Position numbers and translations under genes: made by a program. Shown here one piece after another: positions 13,689 to 28,513 of a DNA stretch of 64,000 nt. The notes beneath the pieces are model-generated. The model worked only from the letters and a program-made list of their open reading frames with translations. It was not told the origin of the DNA and did not search any database. Position 1 is the stretch's first letter. Each line of letters begins with the position of its first letter. The stretch is from Octopus vulgaris (taxonomy: Eukaryota), in the NCBI GenBank assembly GCA_951406725.2, contig OX597833.1, positions 9,114,001 through 9,178,000 on the forward strand. Direction: 5' to 3'.

Positions 13689-16479
13689 CTGCAATGTGAC
13701 GGAGAATGATATGTGGAATGTCAGGAAAGAATGATTGAATAGGAATCAATTGGTTCAAAGAATCAATGTCAATACAAGAGAACCCCTTGATTTGCTTCTG
13801 CTTAATTAACATCTTGTAAACCATTCAATATTAATTAGATCCAGTCAAATCATTCAACTCATGCAAGTATGGAAGATAGATGATAAGTGATGATGATGAT
13901 GGTAATTTTCAATATTTACATTACAATTAAGGCAGCAGGCTGGCAGAATCATTAGCAGACCAGGTAAAAATGCTGAGAAGCATTTTGTCCCTCTTCAAGT
14001 TCTGAGTTCAAATTTCACTGAGGTTGACTTTCATTCTTTCTGCTTAATAAAACAAATATCAATGGAACGCTGTAACCAACTTACTCCTTCTTCTGAACTT
14101 TCTGGCCTTGTGCCAAAGTTTGAAACCAAGATTAATTAGTTTTCTCTTTATAACACGATCGTTAAAGACACTATCCCAGATCTGACTAAAGCCTTGTGAA
14201 TGGATTTAGTAGATGAGACCGAAACTGAAAGAAGCCAGTTGTGTAGTCTTGTGTGTGGCCACCTTTGTCTTGACACCTCAGGATGCTTGTAAACAAGTCT
14301 CACTATCATATCAGTGATGTTCTTCCTTTCCATTCGTCTGTGGAAAATGTCTGGCCATGGAAAAGATTTCTTTACTTGGAAACAGGGAAGAGTTGATGAC
14401 AGAAAAGGCATCTGGCCCTAGAAATTCTACGTGGCTCATGTAAACATGGGAAAACTGACATTAAAATACTGATAATGTGGCTAACCTGCAGATGTATAAC
14501 AGACTCTTTCACATAATTAATGGCCAACCTTCTAAGTGTAATTGCTTGATTATCAATTTTATAATTACTTAATTACCAATTTCATAATTTCTGTACACAG
14601 AGAATATTACCGTATATTTGGGACAGCTGAAAGAATTTATTTCCTAGATGTTCTTCATGCTTAAAGCTATCCTGTACACTCGCCTTATATGCAGGCTGCC
14701 TTTGCTGTTAGCTCAACTCTTTTCTCTGTCCATTGTTTACACTGAGCACACTTCATGGAGTTCTTACTCCTTTTCTACATAATAATTATGGCCATTTCCC
14801 TGACAACAGCTGAGTCCTGCCTTACCATAACTTTAGTCTGTCAACAGGGTAGGCTGTAGGAACCCTCACTTTTCTCTATAAATCTCTCGATTCCCTCTCA
14901 TCAAATACTTTCAGTAATATTTCTCCCAACCTTTGACTGTTCAGTGAATCTTTAGACTTCCATAAGCTTCTTCTCCATCTGTCTAAACTTATCTACCTCT
15001 AAACTATTTAAATTTCTGACTATAAAAATGTGGGAAAAATATAATTATCTAACTGTAAAATATAATTAACCATGAAATATAATTATCTAATAATAAAAAA
15101 TATAATTACTTGTAAAAGTATAACTATTTTACTATAAAAACCAAATGAAGTTCATCAGGAGGCCGTTTGGAATAATGTTAGCTGAGAGGATGTGTAGCCA
15201 ATGTGGGATGACGTCAGCAGCTGGGTGCATTGACCGGAAGCTGAGGCAACCGGAAAGGGCAGCTGTCAGGCGTGCGCAGGGAGCGGTCAATTGGGCCTTT
15301 CCAACGTGGGTCGTCCAGGTGACAAGACGTGTGAGGACGTTGCTAAGGGTTTGGGTGAGCAGCTGCTATCTTTAGTGTTCGGGTTGGGGCTGTGTCGAAG
15401 GATTAGTTACCACAGAAGGGTCTCCATCACGAGGAAGAGAAGGTAGGTGCCTTTATATTCAAATCGCGCACTCACCACAGCCAAGAGATGAGGAAATCTC
15501 TCCAGGTTGAGCCACTAATTCTTCATATTGAAAGGTCAGAGCTCTGATACAATGGACATGGGATATAAATGTTATAGAAAAGAATCACAAAACAGATTCT
15601 TCAAGACAAACCAGCTGGCAGCAGGAGAGTGAGGAGCAGAACAAGAGCGAGATGGTCGGATGAGGATCCATGAGTGTGATTTGGTCAGGGCTGAGATATA
15701 TAATGACATCTGTTTTTGATAGGACCCAATGGGAGAGGCACCTGAAGCCCTGAATGGTCCTCCCAGGAATTGGGGGTGGAGAAAAGGGCTGGATGGATGG
15801 ATAAAAATAAGATGATCTAATTGTAAAAATATAATCATTTTCTTGTAAAAATGTAATTACATATTTGTAAAATATAATTATCTAACAACAAAGAAGTAAT
15901 TAATTAACCACCCCCACTGCCACTACTACATCAGCCAATTAAAAAATTAATATAATTAAGCAAAGAGAAAAATGAAATAAAAGATTTAAAAATAAATGTT
16001 TTTTTTTTCATTTTGCAGGGTTTATAATAGTTATAGCAGCACAAACAATTAGTAGCAGACAACAATGGTGAAGTATTGGTAGTTATCATGCTGTTAGTAG
16101 TTGTAGCCCCTGCGACCACTGCAGCAGTTGAGCAACGACAACAACTTGAAGATTAATGCTTCCAGTGTAAGAAGAGCAAGGAAAAGCTTACAAACAAAAA
16201 GGAAATAATAAATAGAGATAAGACAGCATGCCAAGCATATGAAATGAGATGGAGTTAGTAAATGGAGGCTATTACCTTGATTACAGGTACGACAGGTTCC
16301 TGAAGGGGCAAAGAAAAATGGAAATGTTGGATAAACTGAGAGATGAAGGGGAAATGAAAAGATTAGAGAAACTCATTCATGTTTTATGGCCTTTAAGCAT
16401 ATATGTTTGAGTGTGTGTGTGTGTGTGTGTGTACCTGTGTGTATATGTATGTATACAGACACACACACACACATAGATA

Positions 16480-17200
<721 letters not shown>

Positions 17201-17547
17201 TGTTATATATCTTAGTTGTCCTAAAACTTTTCAGAAGTCAGAAAATAAACAGGTGTTCATATATTCAGTAATTTCTTTTTTAATATAATTCTTGCACTGC
17301 CCTAGGACTGATTCCCATGGTTTATAAAAGATCAAGGCCACAACATATAGTGTTCCCCACTATATATGATGGTGACTATGTGCCTACAACATATAACCAT
17401 AAGAAATTCTTTTGTCAGGCAGATTTGACATGGTTTGCCTGATTTAAGCACAAGCGCCTTAAATCTGAGAAACACATAGAAATCCCTATGTTTCTGAGTC
17501 AATCCTGATTTGGTTTTACTAAATGAGAGCTGCTGAGGAGAGCTTAC

Positions 17548-17672
17548 CCTTTTCACACTGGTTATAATTAACGTACTAGTTTTAGTGGGTGTGCGTGGTC
17601 TTTTGGATCGCTCCAGTAGTTCTCGGATGGCTGTCTCGGCTACGGACTCAACATTGTTAATAACTATCATTT
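17548..17672 (-). CDS. C2CD2L: C2CD2L-like exon J, EMIVINNVESVAETAIRELL...TPTKTSTLIITSVKR
   Basis: ctttcag acceptor, AGG|gtaagc donor, 125 nt, phase 1-0; conserved TMEM24 motifs. Confidence 0.92.
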
Positions 17673-20600
17673 CTGAAAGAAATCGAAACCTGTTAAGCAA
17701 ATTCAGAAATAATTCATGCTGTTGTTAATTGCAGGGAGAACATTAGCAACAGTGAGATCAAATGCAAAATCAAAATCAAATGAATACATACGTACGCACA
17801 CACACACATATGTGTGTGTGTGTGTGTGTATGTGTGTGTGTGTCTGTGTGTGTGTATGCAGACACACAAACACACACATACATATCCGAAACATTTCAAA
17901 GCGTGTTTTCCATTCATCAACATAGAAATGATGTGTTTTCTACAAGAAACATCTACTTTATCTCATCTGTAACTGATATATTTTTACAGAGATAGCAGTG
18001 ATGGAGGTAAATCTGTAAGTTCAGATATTTAACAGTTCGGAAATAAGATACAATTTTTTAATTCTGAAAACTCCCTCCCATTATGACAATCAGTTTCCTT
18101 TTCTGCTTTTTATAATTTCAAGACAGTAACCCCCTCGCCTGCTTCTTTATGACCAATATGTTAGGGTTAGATTTCTAAACTGATTTTGGGATTGTAAATA
18201 CATAAATCATCCTGTATAAACCTGGTAATCAAACATATTGAATCCAATTTTCAGTAAATATCAAGCTGCAGAGGAAGTAAGACAAAGTGAGGGCTGCGGG
18301 AACCAAACTGTTTTTAAAGGATTATTGATGTACGATGGATTAGAAAATTTCATTTTATAACATTTTTGTTAAGATCAGACTAAACAAGAGAATGAGGGGT
18401 CTTAACGGAGACCACAATCATTACAAACTGGCCCCATATAAAAAAAAAAGGGAGTCCTTATACAAGCTGTTGTTACCGTCTCTCTGTTTTAAATCATAGA
18501 ATATTCCACACAGAATTATGCATAACTTTATGCTGATTAAGCAAGTTTAATAATTTATAGCCTAAATGGTGATTCTGATTGATTTTGGTTCATAAAGAAA
18601 AGGAGTGAATGAGGAGTTAAGGGCTCATGTTACACGCACCCCCAGTAAAAATTCTGTTGATGTTTGGAAGAACACACTTTCAAATTTTGGGGATTAGTTG
18701 ATAGAGTCAAACAGTTGTATTCTACAGTGGACATTCCTCAAAGTTCCATTCCTCAACCTTTGTACTTACAACAATTTGGCTGCCTGTTGGTGTAATCTCC
18801 CAGAAACCAGGTAGAACCCCTGAAGTAAAGGAGGAACAGCCTGCAATAACCATTAAATATACAAACCCAGACGGAAAAAAATACAACATGGACATTGTAG
18901 GAAAGAAAAAGTGGGAAAGAGGAAATAGCAACAAGAGAAAACCAGCAATGAAGATCCATTACAGAAGTATCATTCAAAATATAACTGTATATAGACATAT
19001 ACACCCGCAGATATGTGTGTGCATGTATATTCACATAAATATATATACACCTATTTATAGGTGTTTATATATATATGTGTGTGTGTACATATGTATAAAT
19101 AAATAAATAAATATGTGAGTGTCATGTAGATATTTATATCACCACCGTCATCATCATCATCATCATCATTTTACATCTTCTTTCCATTCAGGCATAGATT
19201 GAATTCGTCATCACAGACCAAATCAGCCCCCATCCACAATTATTGTTCTTCCTTCTAGATTAATCAATGGATTAATGTAACACTCGAGATGAATATGAAT
19301 ATATATATACTCTTGTGTCTGGGGAGAGTCATTTTCTTTTTGTGCCTTATCATGTAACACACACATTGGTAAAATTTCCACTTATTTCTTATTTTTATTT
19401 CACTAAAATTTTTGTTGTGTCTTGCAATCTTTTCAATAGTCTTGACTCTCAAGACTAATTGAAAAGGTTGCAAGACGCAACGAAAATTTTCTGACTTCTC
19501 CAACATTAATCCCACAACTGTTGGTCTTGTTGTTGTTGTTGTAGTTACTGTTGCAGCAGCTGTTATTGTTGCAACTGTATCATGGAGGCTAATAAGTCTT
19601 CAGTGTTAAAATGAATTTTTCCTTGGTTTCGTACCAAAAAAAAAAAAAAAAAAATCTAAACAACCAACGCAAACAACTTGTTGCCACTTTTATCTCCTTT
19701 GTTGGATAAATAATTCCACAAAGACTGGGGAAAGAAAGTATTCACAGGGCACAGTTCTTATTCCTGTCGCCTGAGGATAAACAACGCTCTCTGTCAATGG
19801 CTCATGGTGAACTGCTTACCCTGAACTCTGACAGGTCTTATTTTATTGCAATGTGTCTGTCCCCTCTTAATCCCATGGGGTGGTGGTGGTGGTGATGGTG
19901 GTTGGAATCCTTCCACAATGCAAATAGTCAGTGGGCTTATTAAGAAATATTTGATAAAGACAGAAGCAGTATTAATAATAACAGGTAATCTTAATCTACT
20001 ACTTGACATACAGGTTGTGTTAGATCCTCACCCTACCCATCAGATGACCACCTTTCCTGAGTCATGGCTCATTTCCTGTATGGATGATGATTCAACAATT
20101 TGGATTAGGTTGAAAACAGGTGCAGGGTTTTTTTTACCTGTTAATCAGCAAAATGGTAGAAGCATGGAATTGAGCCTCAGGTACAACGATGACATCAGAC
20201 AGTAGAATATGATGAGATATATTTTGGTGAACAAATGCTTTTCGTACGTAATTTGTTTCAGAGATTGTCTTTTCCTCTGATATGAAGTCGATCACAATTA
20301 CCACAAGGCATTAGTTTACTCTTTTCTTAAAAGGAAGACATTTCAATAAAACAAGAACCTACCTTGTACGGTATTTAATATACCTTTAATGTCTCTATTG
20401 TTGATTTCCATGCTGCAGAGTTATTCTGAATGATTTCTTTGAGTTCATTTTCATTTATTTTATATAAATTAGCAAAGATCATAAACATTTTTTAACTCTG
20501 TTTGCTGTTTCTATATGTCCGAGGATCTCATCTGCTGGAGTCCAACTACAACTGTAATGCTGGTGATGTCCACTGAGCCAGAGATATGTCTCCAGTTGTC

Positions 20601-21170
20601 CTCTTATCTCTGGACAGTCAGACTAGCTTTGCCTCAATGGCAGGTGAATTTCACACATTATCTCCTGTCACTTCTCATTTGCAGTTAGTTGCAACTGGCA
20701 CCAGGCATTTTTTCTAACTTCTTTTAAAGCAAAGATAGAATCTGACAAAATTATAATAATATTAAGCATTATCATCAACATCATTATCATCATTTTTGCA
20801 TGTTTTTCTATGCTTATGTGGACAGGTCTTCTCTAGCAGACTGTGAGGCGTGGTCACTAATCAATCCTTTGTGAATTTCAACACTCATAAATTAATTCAC
20901 ATGCCAATTAGTCGTACTATAACATTTTCTCTTTTGCTCATAACTTGGTCCCTCAATTTATTCTTCCTAAAATACCTCCTGGGACTTTCGAACAATTAAT
21001 GATGATACTGCTACACTAATCATTGTATATGACACCTGCTTATATTACAGGAGTCAGTATGGCAGTGGGCCCTATTCTGCCAGATATTTTCACCATCTCG
21101 CTGACTATGAGGATAACAACAACAACAATAATCAAAATCACAAGACAACAAAAACAAAAACACTTATTAC

Positions 21171-21287
21171 CTGAAGATTCCTGTTTATCTGTCCGTCCTC
21201 CAAACGACGGAGAAGACTGGTTGGTACTTGGAGAGTTTTTACTACTTTCAGAATAAGGACTAAGTTTTTCTACGACACACGGCACAC
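21171..21287 (-). CDS. C2CD2L: C2CD2L-like exon I, SVPCVVEKLSP...KQESS
   Basis: ttttag acceptor, G|gtaata donor, 117 nt, symmetric phase 1-1. Confidence 0.8.
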
Positions 21288-22102
21288 CTAAAATATTGGA
21301 AACATGCAAAACTAGCCGGGTGCAGGGTGGATAACAACAACAACAACAGCTACAGATAAAAATCCTTAAAATAAACCGAAAATAATAACATTTTGGTAAC
21401 TCTAAAGCTGAAATGAATCAAAAGAACAATTCTTGCTGTTTGGCCAATTCATGTAGGAAGTGCCAACTCTTAACCAACCATTTTAGTTAAGCAAAGTTAA
21501 TTAAGTCTAGTTATTAGTATTTAAATGGGTAGCTTCAAGGAAAACCAAGCTACTGTAGGCAAAAGCTTTAGTTGAACAGCAGGGATGGTTGTGTTGTATG
21601 AGGTTTACTTCATAAATATGTGATTTTGGGTTCAATTTCTTTATGTGGCACCTTGGGTAAGAGTCTTCTGTCAGGACCTTAAAGCATCCAAAGTCTTGCA
21701 GATGAAAGTGTAGGGAAGAATGTTGTATGTGTGAGTGTGTGTGTATTTACACTGATATTATTGGTGCGATGATGATGATGTTACATTTACATCATTCAAA
21801 AGACAAATCCTTTCCCTCAGTAGAATTGAGCAAAAATATTCTACTGAGCACTACAGTGGCATCATAGCTCAGGAAACTGGCTCAGTAAGTGTGCTCCAAC
21901 ACCAGGCACCAGGAATGAAGCTGATGTAAAACTGATGAAATAACATCACCAAATGTGATATTGATAAACATTTGCCCAATTTGATGGTTTTAGAATTATA
22001 TAAAATAGACACAGGGATTTCTCAGTAGAGGATCCAAACTTGCTCTACCCCTGCGCTGGGATAAATATAAATATTACAATTATAGATAGATAGATAGATA
22101 GG

Positions 22103-22104
<2 letters not shown>

Positions 22105-22187
<83 letters not shown>

Positions 22188-22190
22188 AGG

Positions 22191-22257
<67 letters not shown>
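22105..22257. repeat. (GA)n microsatellite; others at about 6128-6232, 8610-8673, 10841-10896, 23403-23464, 49037-49114, 52991-53079; (CA)n at 46422-46495
   Basis: Directly visible. Confidence 0.97.
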
Positions 22258-22258
<1 letters not shown>

Positions 22259-23397
22259 AGAAGTATGATCTAATAAATATAGTCCAGCGACATGGCCCAC
22301 TACAGTCCAGTCACCTGGATTAATGCAGTTTGTGGTCCAGAAACACAATGAAACACCTGTTATCATAAATGTATTCACATTCTGTGCACAGGTCATGTGA
22401 CTTGAAACTTGCCTCATCATTCACAACCGTCTTTCGATGTCTATGGTTGACACAACCCCTCAAAAGACACTATTAGATCACTGTGACCCTTTTAATAAGA
22501 TTCTATTTAATGACAAAGTCAGGGATGCAAATGCTGCACTCATGATTGTATAGGTTCCACAAGACAGATGGGGAGGAGAGAAAGGACCCATGACATAAGA
22601 CCCTTGGCCAGATCCTGTACAACAGACTGAACTTGGAGCACACTTGCTTCGATGCTGTTATGTCTTACTGAAACAACACAACCATTATTATATGATTGGT
22701 GTATTTCTGTTAATATACATTAGAGGGGAGTGAATGAAAAGGAGTGGGTCATGCATGAAGGAAAGGGACAGGAGTTTGTGTGTGTGTGTGTGTGTTTGGA
22801 TCAGTCCTGGAGAAATATAAACATACATACATTTATATACACACTCGTTTGGAGGTATTTCTATACAAAGGCATCATGCACACACAGACTGACAGTTATA
22901 AGATGATGGACATAAAGGCTACACACTCGATCATATTTTGTAGGGTCCATGGGAGTAGTGGAAAAGGGTGCAACACACAGCCACACACACAACCATATAC
23001 ACAGCCACACACAGTTCAATGCAGAGCCATAAACACCCCTGTACCCGACCACACATACAAGAAGAATATTTTATGAGAAACATATAGTGTTACATGTGTA
23101 ACATGGCTGTGTTACAGGTGACAGTGATATAGTTTAAAGTAGTGTTACTTGCTTACAGTGGTATGATGTAACATGTAATAATTGTAAAGTCAAACAAGGT
23201 TGTGTTACATGTGACAGCGGTACAGTGGGACACTCGTATATTATTTCCATTGTTACAGAGGCACGGGGGAGCAAGAGGGGTGGGGTGGAGGGAGATAGCA
23301 GGTGGGGTTCAGTTTAGGTTTTCCTACACTTAGGTGTTAAGGGAGGGATTTAGGATTACATAAACAGGTGGAGGTAAGAGGATGGGAAGAGGTGGGA

Positions 23398-23470
<73 letters not shown>

Positions 23471-23699
23471 ATAAGGTAGGGAGGAGGTGATGTTTGATTT
23501 GTTGATCGGAAATTTATAAATTTGATAGTGAAATCAAGGATACATTGACTGAAAGCTTTTTTCAATACCCCTGTACCCACTTTAAGTTAAACATGAAGGG
23601 GTTTCTAGTTCACAAACAATTTGAACAGCAATTAAGATTGACCATAGGGAAGCTTCTAAACATTTGACTCCTGTATGAGCCGATAGGGAGAGCCTTTAA

Positions 23700-23920
23700 C
23701 CCTTTAGTATTTAAACCGGCCATATCTGGCCAAAAGTATTCTGCCTGTTTTATGTTCAAACTGGCCAGATCTGGTCTCTCACACCAACCCTACATTATCA
23801 TTTTAAAAATTAACAGCTACCTCATCAAAATCTCATAGCTACAAGATAATGCATGATTAGTTCAAAACAAAGTGGATGAAAAGGGATTAATTTTGGCAGA
23901 ATAATGCGAACACTAAAGGG
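23700..23920. mobile_element. piggyBac-type MITE (221 bp)
   Basis: TTAA|CCCTTTAGT...ACTAAAGGG|CTAA: terminal inverted repeats beginning CCC and a TTAA target site (right copy mutated). Confidence 0.75.
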
Positions 23921-25015
23921 CTAAATAATCATTCCACCGAGAAATAGCAGACAAATTCCCTTCCATCATAAAAGAAAGGAAAGACACATCGAAGAATATA
24001 ATCATTAATATAGCTGATAGACTGATCATGACAGGATTATATTTGATCATAGGGTCTGTTTGAACAGGACTGACCTGGGGTTAAACAAGACAGTTTATGC
24101 CTATAGTTGATAGGATGAACACCAGCATATTACAAGTACTGACACTAGGGGAATAAAATGTAGTAAAATAAACTTGATGAGATTTGAAATCAGAAGCTAA
24201 AAGTATATAACTAAAAGTTCAATGTTTGGAGTTTGATATTCTCCAGTGTTGGCCATGTTCAGCACCAAGTCTTCTGATATATGGAGTCAAGGATGGAACA
24301 TGGTCAACAGGGATTCCTGTGGTTGAGATTATTGACCATGGAAGGACTTCAGCCGGATCTGGGCTCAGAATGTTAAGGAACTTAATTACTCGAAGGGATT
24401 TAGTCAACTGATTCTACCAGTGGGCCTCACTAAAAATAATTCTAACGAGTCCATTATTAATTATGAGTTGTCAACAGTTAGTAAATCATTAATTGGAATA
24501 TATCAACAATAATAGTTAATGAGTTAAGGTATCAAAAACAATTAGATTGTTAATTGTAAAGTATTAACAATAGATAAGTAAATTATTATTAGCAATCAAA
24601 ATATAGAAATAAACTTAATGGAAAGGAAAAATAAAAATATTCCATTGTTTTCTCCAAAAAGTATCAATGGAATATCAATAAAAATGGTTGGAATAATCTA
24701 AGCAAGAGTGGGGGATACCTTCTCCTGCTCTGTTTACCATAAAATGGATATTTCAATGAAGAAATATTGTCATAACATATTCAAGCTTTCACAGTTTTCT
24801 GAGACAAGGGACAAATTGCCAATTAGAGGTGAGCCAATAAATTGTTACTTTGACTAAAATTGGCTATAAATTCACAGATGGGAAAATATTCTTGACAAAC
24901 TCTCAGACTCAATTGATGGAGTGGAATTTTACTCACACCATGCTGACTACTAGCAGTTTAAACATTAAAACAAAGAACAAAATGGTTAGATCTTGTTTGG
25001 AAATATCGCACTTAC

Positions 25016-25214
25016 TCTGATTGCCGGGAAGAAGGGTGCCGTACTGTGGCCGCTGGGTAGTGGTGGTAGTTGTGGTAACTACCGTCCCACCAGGTGTTAT
25101 GGTGCGTGACACTTCAACTCGGCGGCGTGGAGAGGTCTGGTTGTTTCTGAGATTCTTTGGTCCTAGAGCAGAGTCCATGTATTGTTCTACTTCAAAGGGT
25201 TCCATGAGAAGGAA
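25016..25214 (-). CDS. C2CD2L: C2CD2L-like exon H, FLLMEPF...RTITPGGTVVTTTTTTTQRP...GNQ
   Basis: tttcag acceptor, A|gtaagt donor, 199 nt, phase 0-1; TMEM24-type Thr-rich beta motif. Confidence 0.9.
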
Positions 25215-25885
25215 CTGAAAGTTAAATAAAATGAAACCTGAACAAACTCAAATTCCCATCTTCAGTTTTTGTTGAAACTGTATTTAAATTAGCCACCATA
25301 TTCACTGTCATATTAGACCCCATGATGCATCACTTCAATGTATTTATGCGGCATATTACAATGAAACCAGACAAATAAGGTTCTCCACTCCCTGCCCTAG
25401 CCATATTGATTGGTTGAGCATCATACAGCAGTCCAATAGACATATCAACTTTCCTCTGTTCCTGCAGCTTGTCATAGTGTTTCATCTTGTAGTACTTGTG
25501 ATGTGGTAGCTGTATACAGTTAGATGGACTGAGCTGCAATGTGGTACCTGTTTACAGTTAGGTGGAGTGAGATGTTACTGTCATCCCAACCAACTTCCAT
25601 ATCTTTGTACTCCTGTTATTGTCATAATAACTGAGCCCTAAATTTCGATACTCCTCTTATTGTCACAATAACCAAAGACAATTATGAAGTGTGTATCACT
25701 TGATTATGTCCTAAATAAAGCTTACCATTAAACTGAAAACATTCATGAGGCCCCAACGTAAGCCACCCTTATCATTCATCTCAATAACCTATCATAAGCT
25801 TCCTTCCTGAGGCAGGTTATTGTTGGAACTTCCCACCTCATACAGTTACTCAATGTAATTAGAATAAAGATGTTACTATACTTAC

Positions 25886-26013
25886 CTCTACTGTTAAAGA
25901 GCCGACTTGGTATTCCATACTGCCAGAAGGACTCTGTAAGGGAATAATCTGTCGACTGCTTGGAGTTTTCCGGACATCTTCAATGTAGATTGTTGCATCT
26001 CCAAGGAATTCAT
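25886..26013 (-). CDS. C2CD2L: C2CD2L-like exon G (C2), DEFLGDATIYIEDV...RQIIPLQ...GSLTVE
   Basis: AAG acceptor, GAG|gtaagt donor, 128 nt, phase 1-0; absent from the ORF track but translates to the C2 C-terminal strands. Confidence 0.9.
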
Positions 26014-28448
26014 CTTCAATTAAACAGAAAAAATTTGTTGAGCAAAATTAATGCAAGAAAGTGAAACTAGAAGTGATCATCTCAGTCATTAAGACTAAAT
26101 GACATTAAACAATGAAGAGTAGTTTCTTAAGGATCTTTTCAAAAATTCCATTCAACAGAAACTGTTGCCATAAACTTATTATTTCAAAAAATTTTTTTTT
26201 GTCATTTTTTTCTCATCAGACATGATATCAGATGTGCCACTAATTATAGAATTTGTCTGAAATTGCTTCATCACTGTGTCTTCAAATGCTAATAATACCA
26301 GGAATAGTTGCTCCTGACAAGAACACAGAACTCTTGGAGTTTAGAGTCTCATATTTAAAATTTTCAGTGGTATTAATAAGATTGGTTTGAAATTTCTAGC
26401 TGCACTCTTTGGTTTGAAGATGTCTGGCAGAGACCAGTACTTCAGGAAAGGAGCAAAAGGCAAAATATCACCCTTCCAGTGAAGGTGGGTTTTTAAAGGA
26501 CTCACACTAAATATCATAAAACATTTTGTGGGAACTCATATGGTTCTGTGAATCCACCATCTTTAAAATGGTTTTATAATATGAATGAGATGGTCACATG
26601 AGGATTTATAAATAAAAATGTTTCATCATTTAGTCCATAATTCAACTAAAATAGTCAGAACTGTAAAGCATAACAAAACATTCAACAACAACAGCACCAA
26701 CACCACTGTCACTAGTACTGTTGCAGCCATCACTATCTCGTCGTCGTCGTCGTCGTCATTGTCATCGCCACCACCACCATCATGTCTATTATTTCATCCT
26801 GGTTCAAACATATTCAGTGTTTAATTTTGTCAAGCAGGTTATTTGCAATAAAAATTATTTAAAACCCTCTTTGATAAAAGATGATCTTCATCTCCAGCTT
26901 AATGTGGGGTTCTCTTAGAACACAGAAAACTGCTTTTATTTAGTTTGAGAAGATCTCTCATAAGAACTTGTGGTGTATAAAAGCACTTGTATTTATATCA
27001 TCAACAAAAAGAACCATCTGTTATGACCACCAGAACTGCCAGACGCCATGACTTCCCCCAGCTGTGGGTTTCTCAGTGACAGATGTCCAGTAGTGGCATA
27101 ACAGCTGAATCTCCCATCAACAATCAATAGAATATCAGTGTCTGCCCAGGCTCTGGTGTCACAAATAGTCAGTGGGCTTATTAAAAAATAATTGAAAGAA
27201 ACAGAAGCAATATTAAAACCAAAAGGTAATCTTAATCCACAACTTAACATGCAGGTTGTGTTAATCCTCTCAAGGCAAATACTGCAGTATTTTGTGTTCT
27301 AACACAACCTCTGTTTTAAGTTGGAGACAAAATCACTTTTTGGTATTAATAAAGTTTCTGTCTCTATTAATTACTCCTTTCATATTTTTTGGTAAAAATG
27401 AAGGAATCAAAATTGCAAGCATCCCCTATGATGTTGGGAAAGATGTTGGGTAAGACCAGTGGATTTGCAGAATAAAGGAACTAGAAGAAATGGTTGCAAG
27501 GAGGAATATATTTCAGGAAATATTCACCAATGTCTATGACGGATGGTTCATGACCATATTATTGAGGAAGTAGCAACAAAGTAAGAAAAAGTTAGAATCT
27601 GAAGAAGCAGAGCGACAAAGGAATATAAATTGGTTGTCATGGAAGTTTCTGGAAATAGCAAATACATTTTATGACTAATTAATTAATTCGTAATTTGGGT
27701 GAGTAGAACACTAATAAAATACAATTTTTGAAACAGTTCCCTATATTTGTATAATTTTCCATTATTGCATAGCTCCCTTTACTTATGTGGCTCCCTATGT
27801 CTATGCTGTTTCCTGTATTTGTAGACTACCACAAGCTCCAGACTTGCCACTGTGTGTTGGTTTGTCTGCTTCAATGATTCTGGGAAGTATGTCAGCAGAG
27901 CGAAAGCTCCTAGGAGGTCAAAAGATAGAACCAGTCTAATATGAGCCACTATTCTTAGAGGTCAAAAGGGGTTCACATAGAGCCAACACTTGTACCTAGA
28001 AAAAAGCAAAGTTACAGAAGCATTGATGACAATTCAAAACCTGGAAGAGTGAAGCTTTCCCTCATTTAAAGACAGACCAGAGTCAACAACAGAAGAAAAG
28101 TTGTTGATGGCCTTTGCTCCACAGGCAGTAAAAGGGGCTTAAGGAAGTAGACTTGTAGAGTCCCCTATACATATATTGCCCCCTTCTTAGAGATAAGCTT
28201 TATCTCAGCTGCTAACATTTATCACTGGTTAATCAAATATTAGTTTAATGAGAGAGATCTAATGAAATATTTCTGTAAGAAGCAGGGGAAACCTGGAAGG
28301 TAAACTGAGGCGTTTGATGATATTTCAAATGGATTGGGATTGAATTTATGACAAATTAGAGTGTCTAAGTCTACCATGATTACTTAGCTAGTAAGTGTTT
28401 CTTTCTAAACAGATGGTAGTGGTGGGTGTAAGGTTTGCATGAACTTAC

Positions 28449-28513
28449 CAGCTGGGGACTTTCCTTTGTCATACAACTCGAAACGAAGAAGGGTTGATGC
28501 TGGAGAAACATCC
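28449..28513 (-). CDS. C2CD2L: C2CD2L-like exon F (C2), LDVSPASTLLRFELYDKGKSPA
   Basis: ttcctcag acceptor, G|gtaagt donor, 65 nt, phase 2-1. Confidence 0.9.

Noticed and set aside
13930-14020. tRNA genes at A/B-box-like sequences
   Set aside because: They are SINE heads continuing into a shared SINE body; no cloverleaf.
17673-17690. Upstream alternative acceptor (ttaacag) for exon J
   Set aside because: It needs phase 2, but the preceding exon ends in phase 1.
24219-24430. Extra exon of the gene
   Set aside because: The nearby ttttag acceptor gives a stop in the required phase and no good donor was found.
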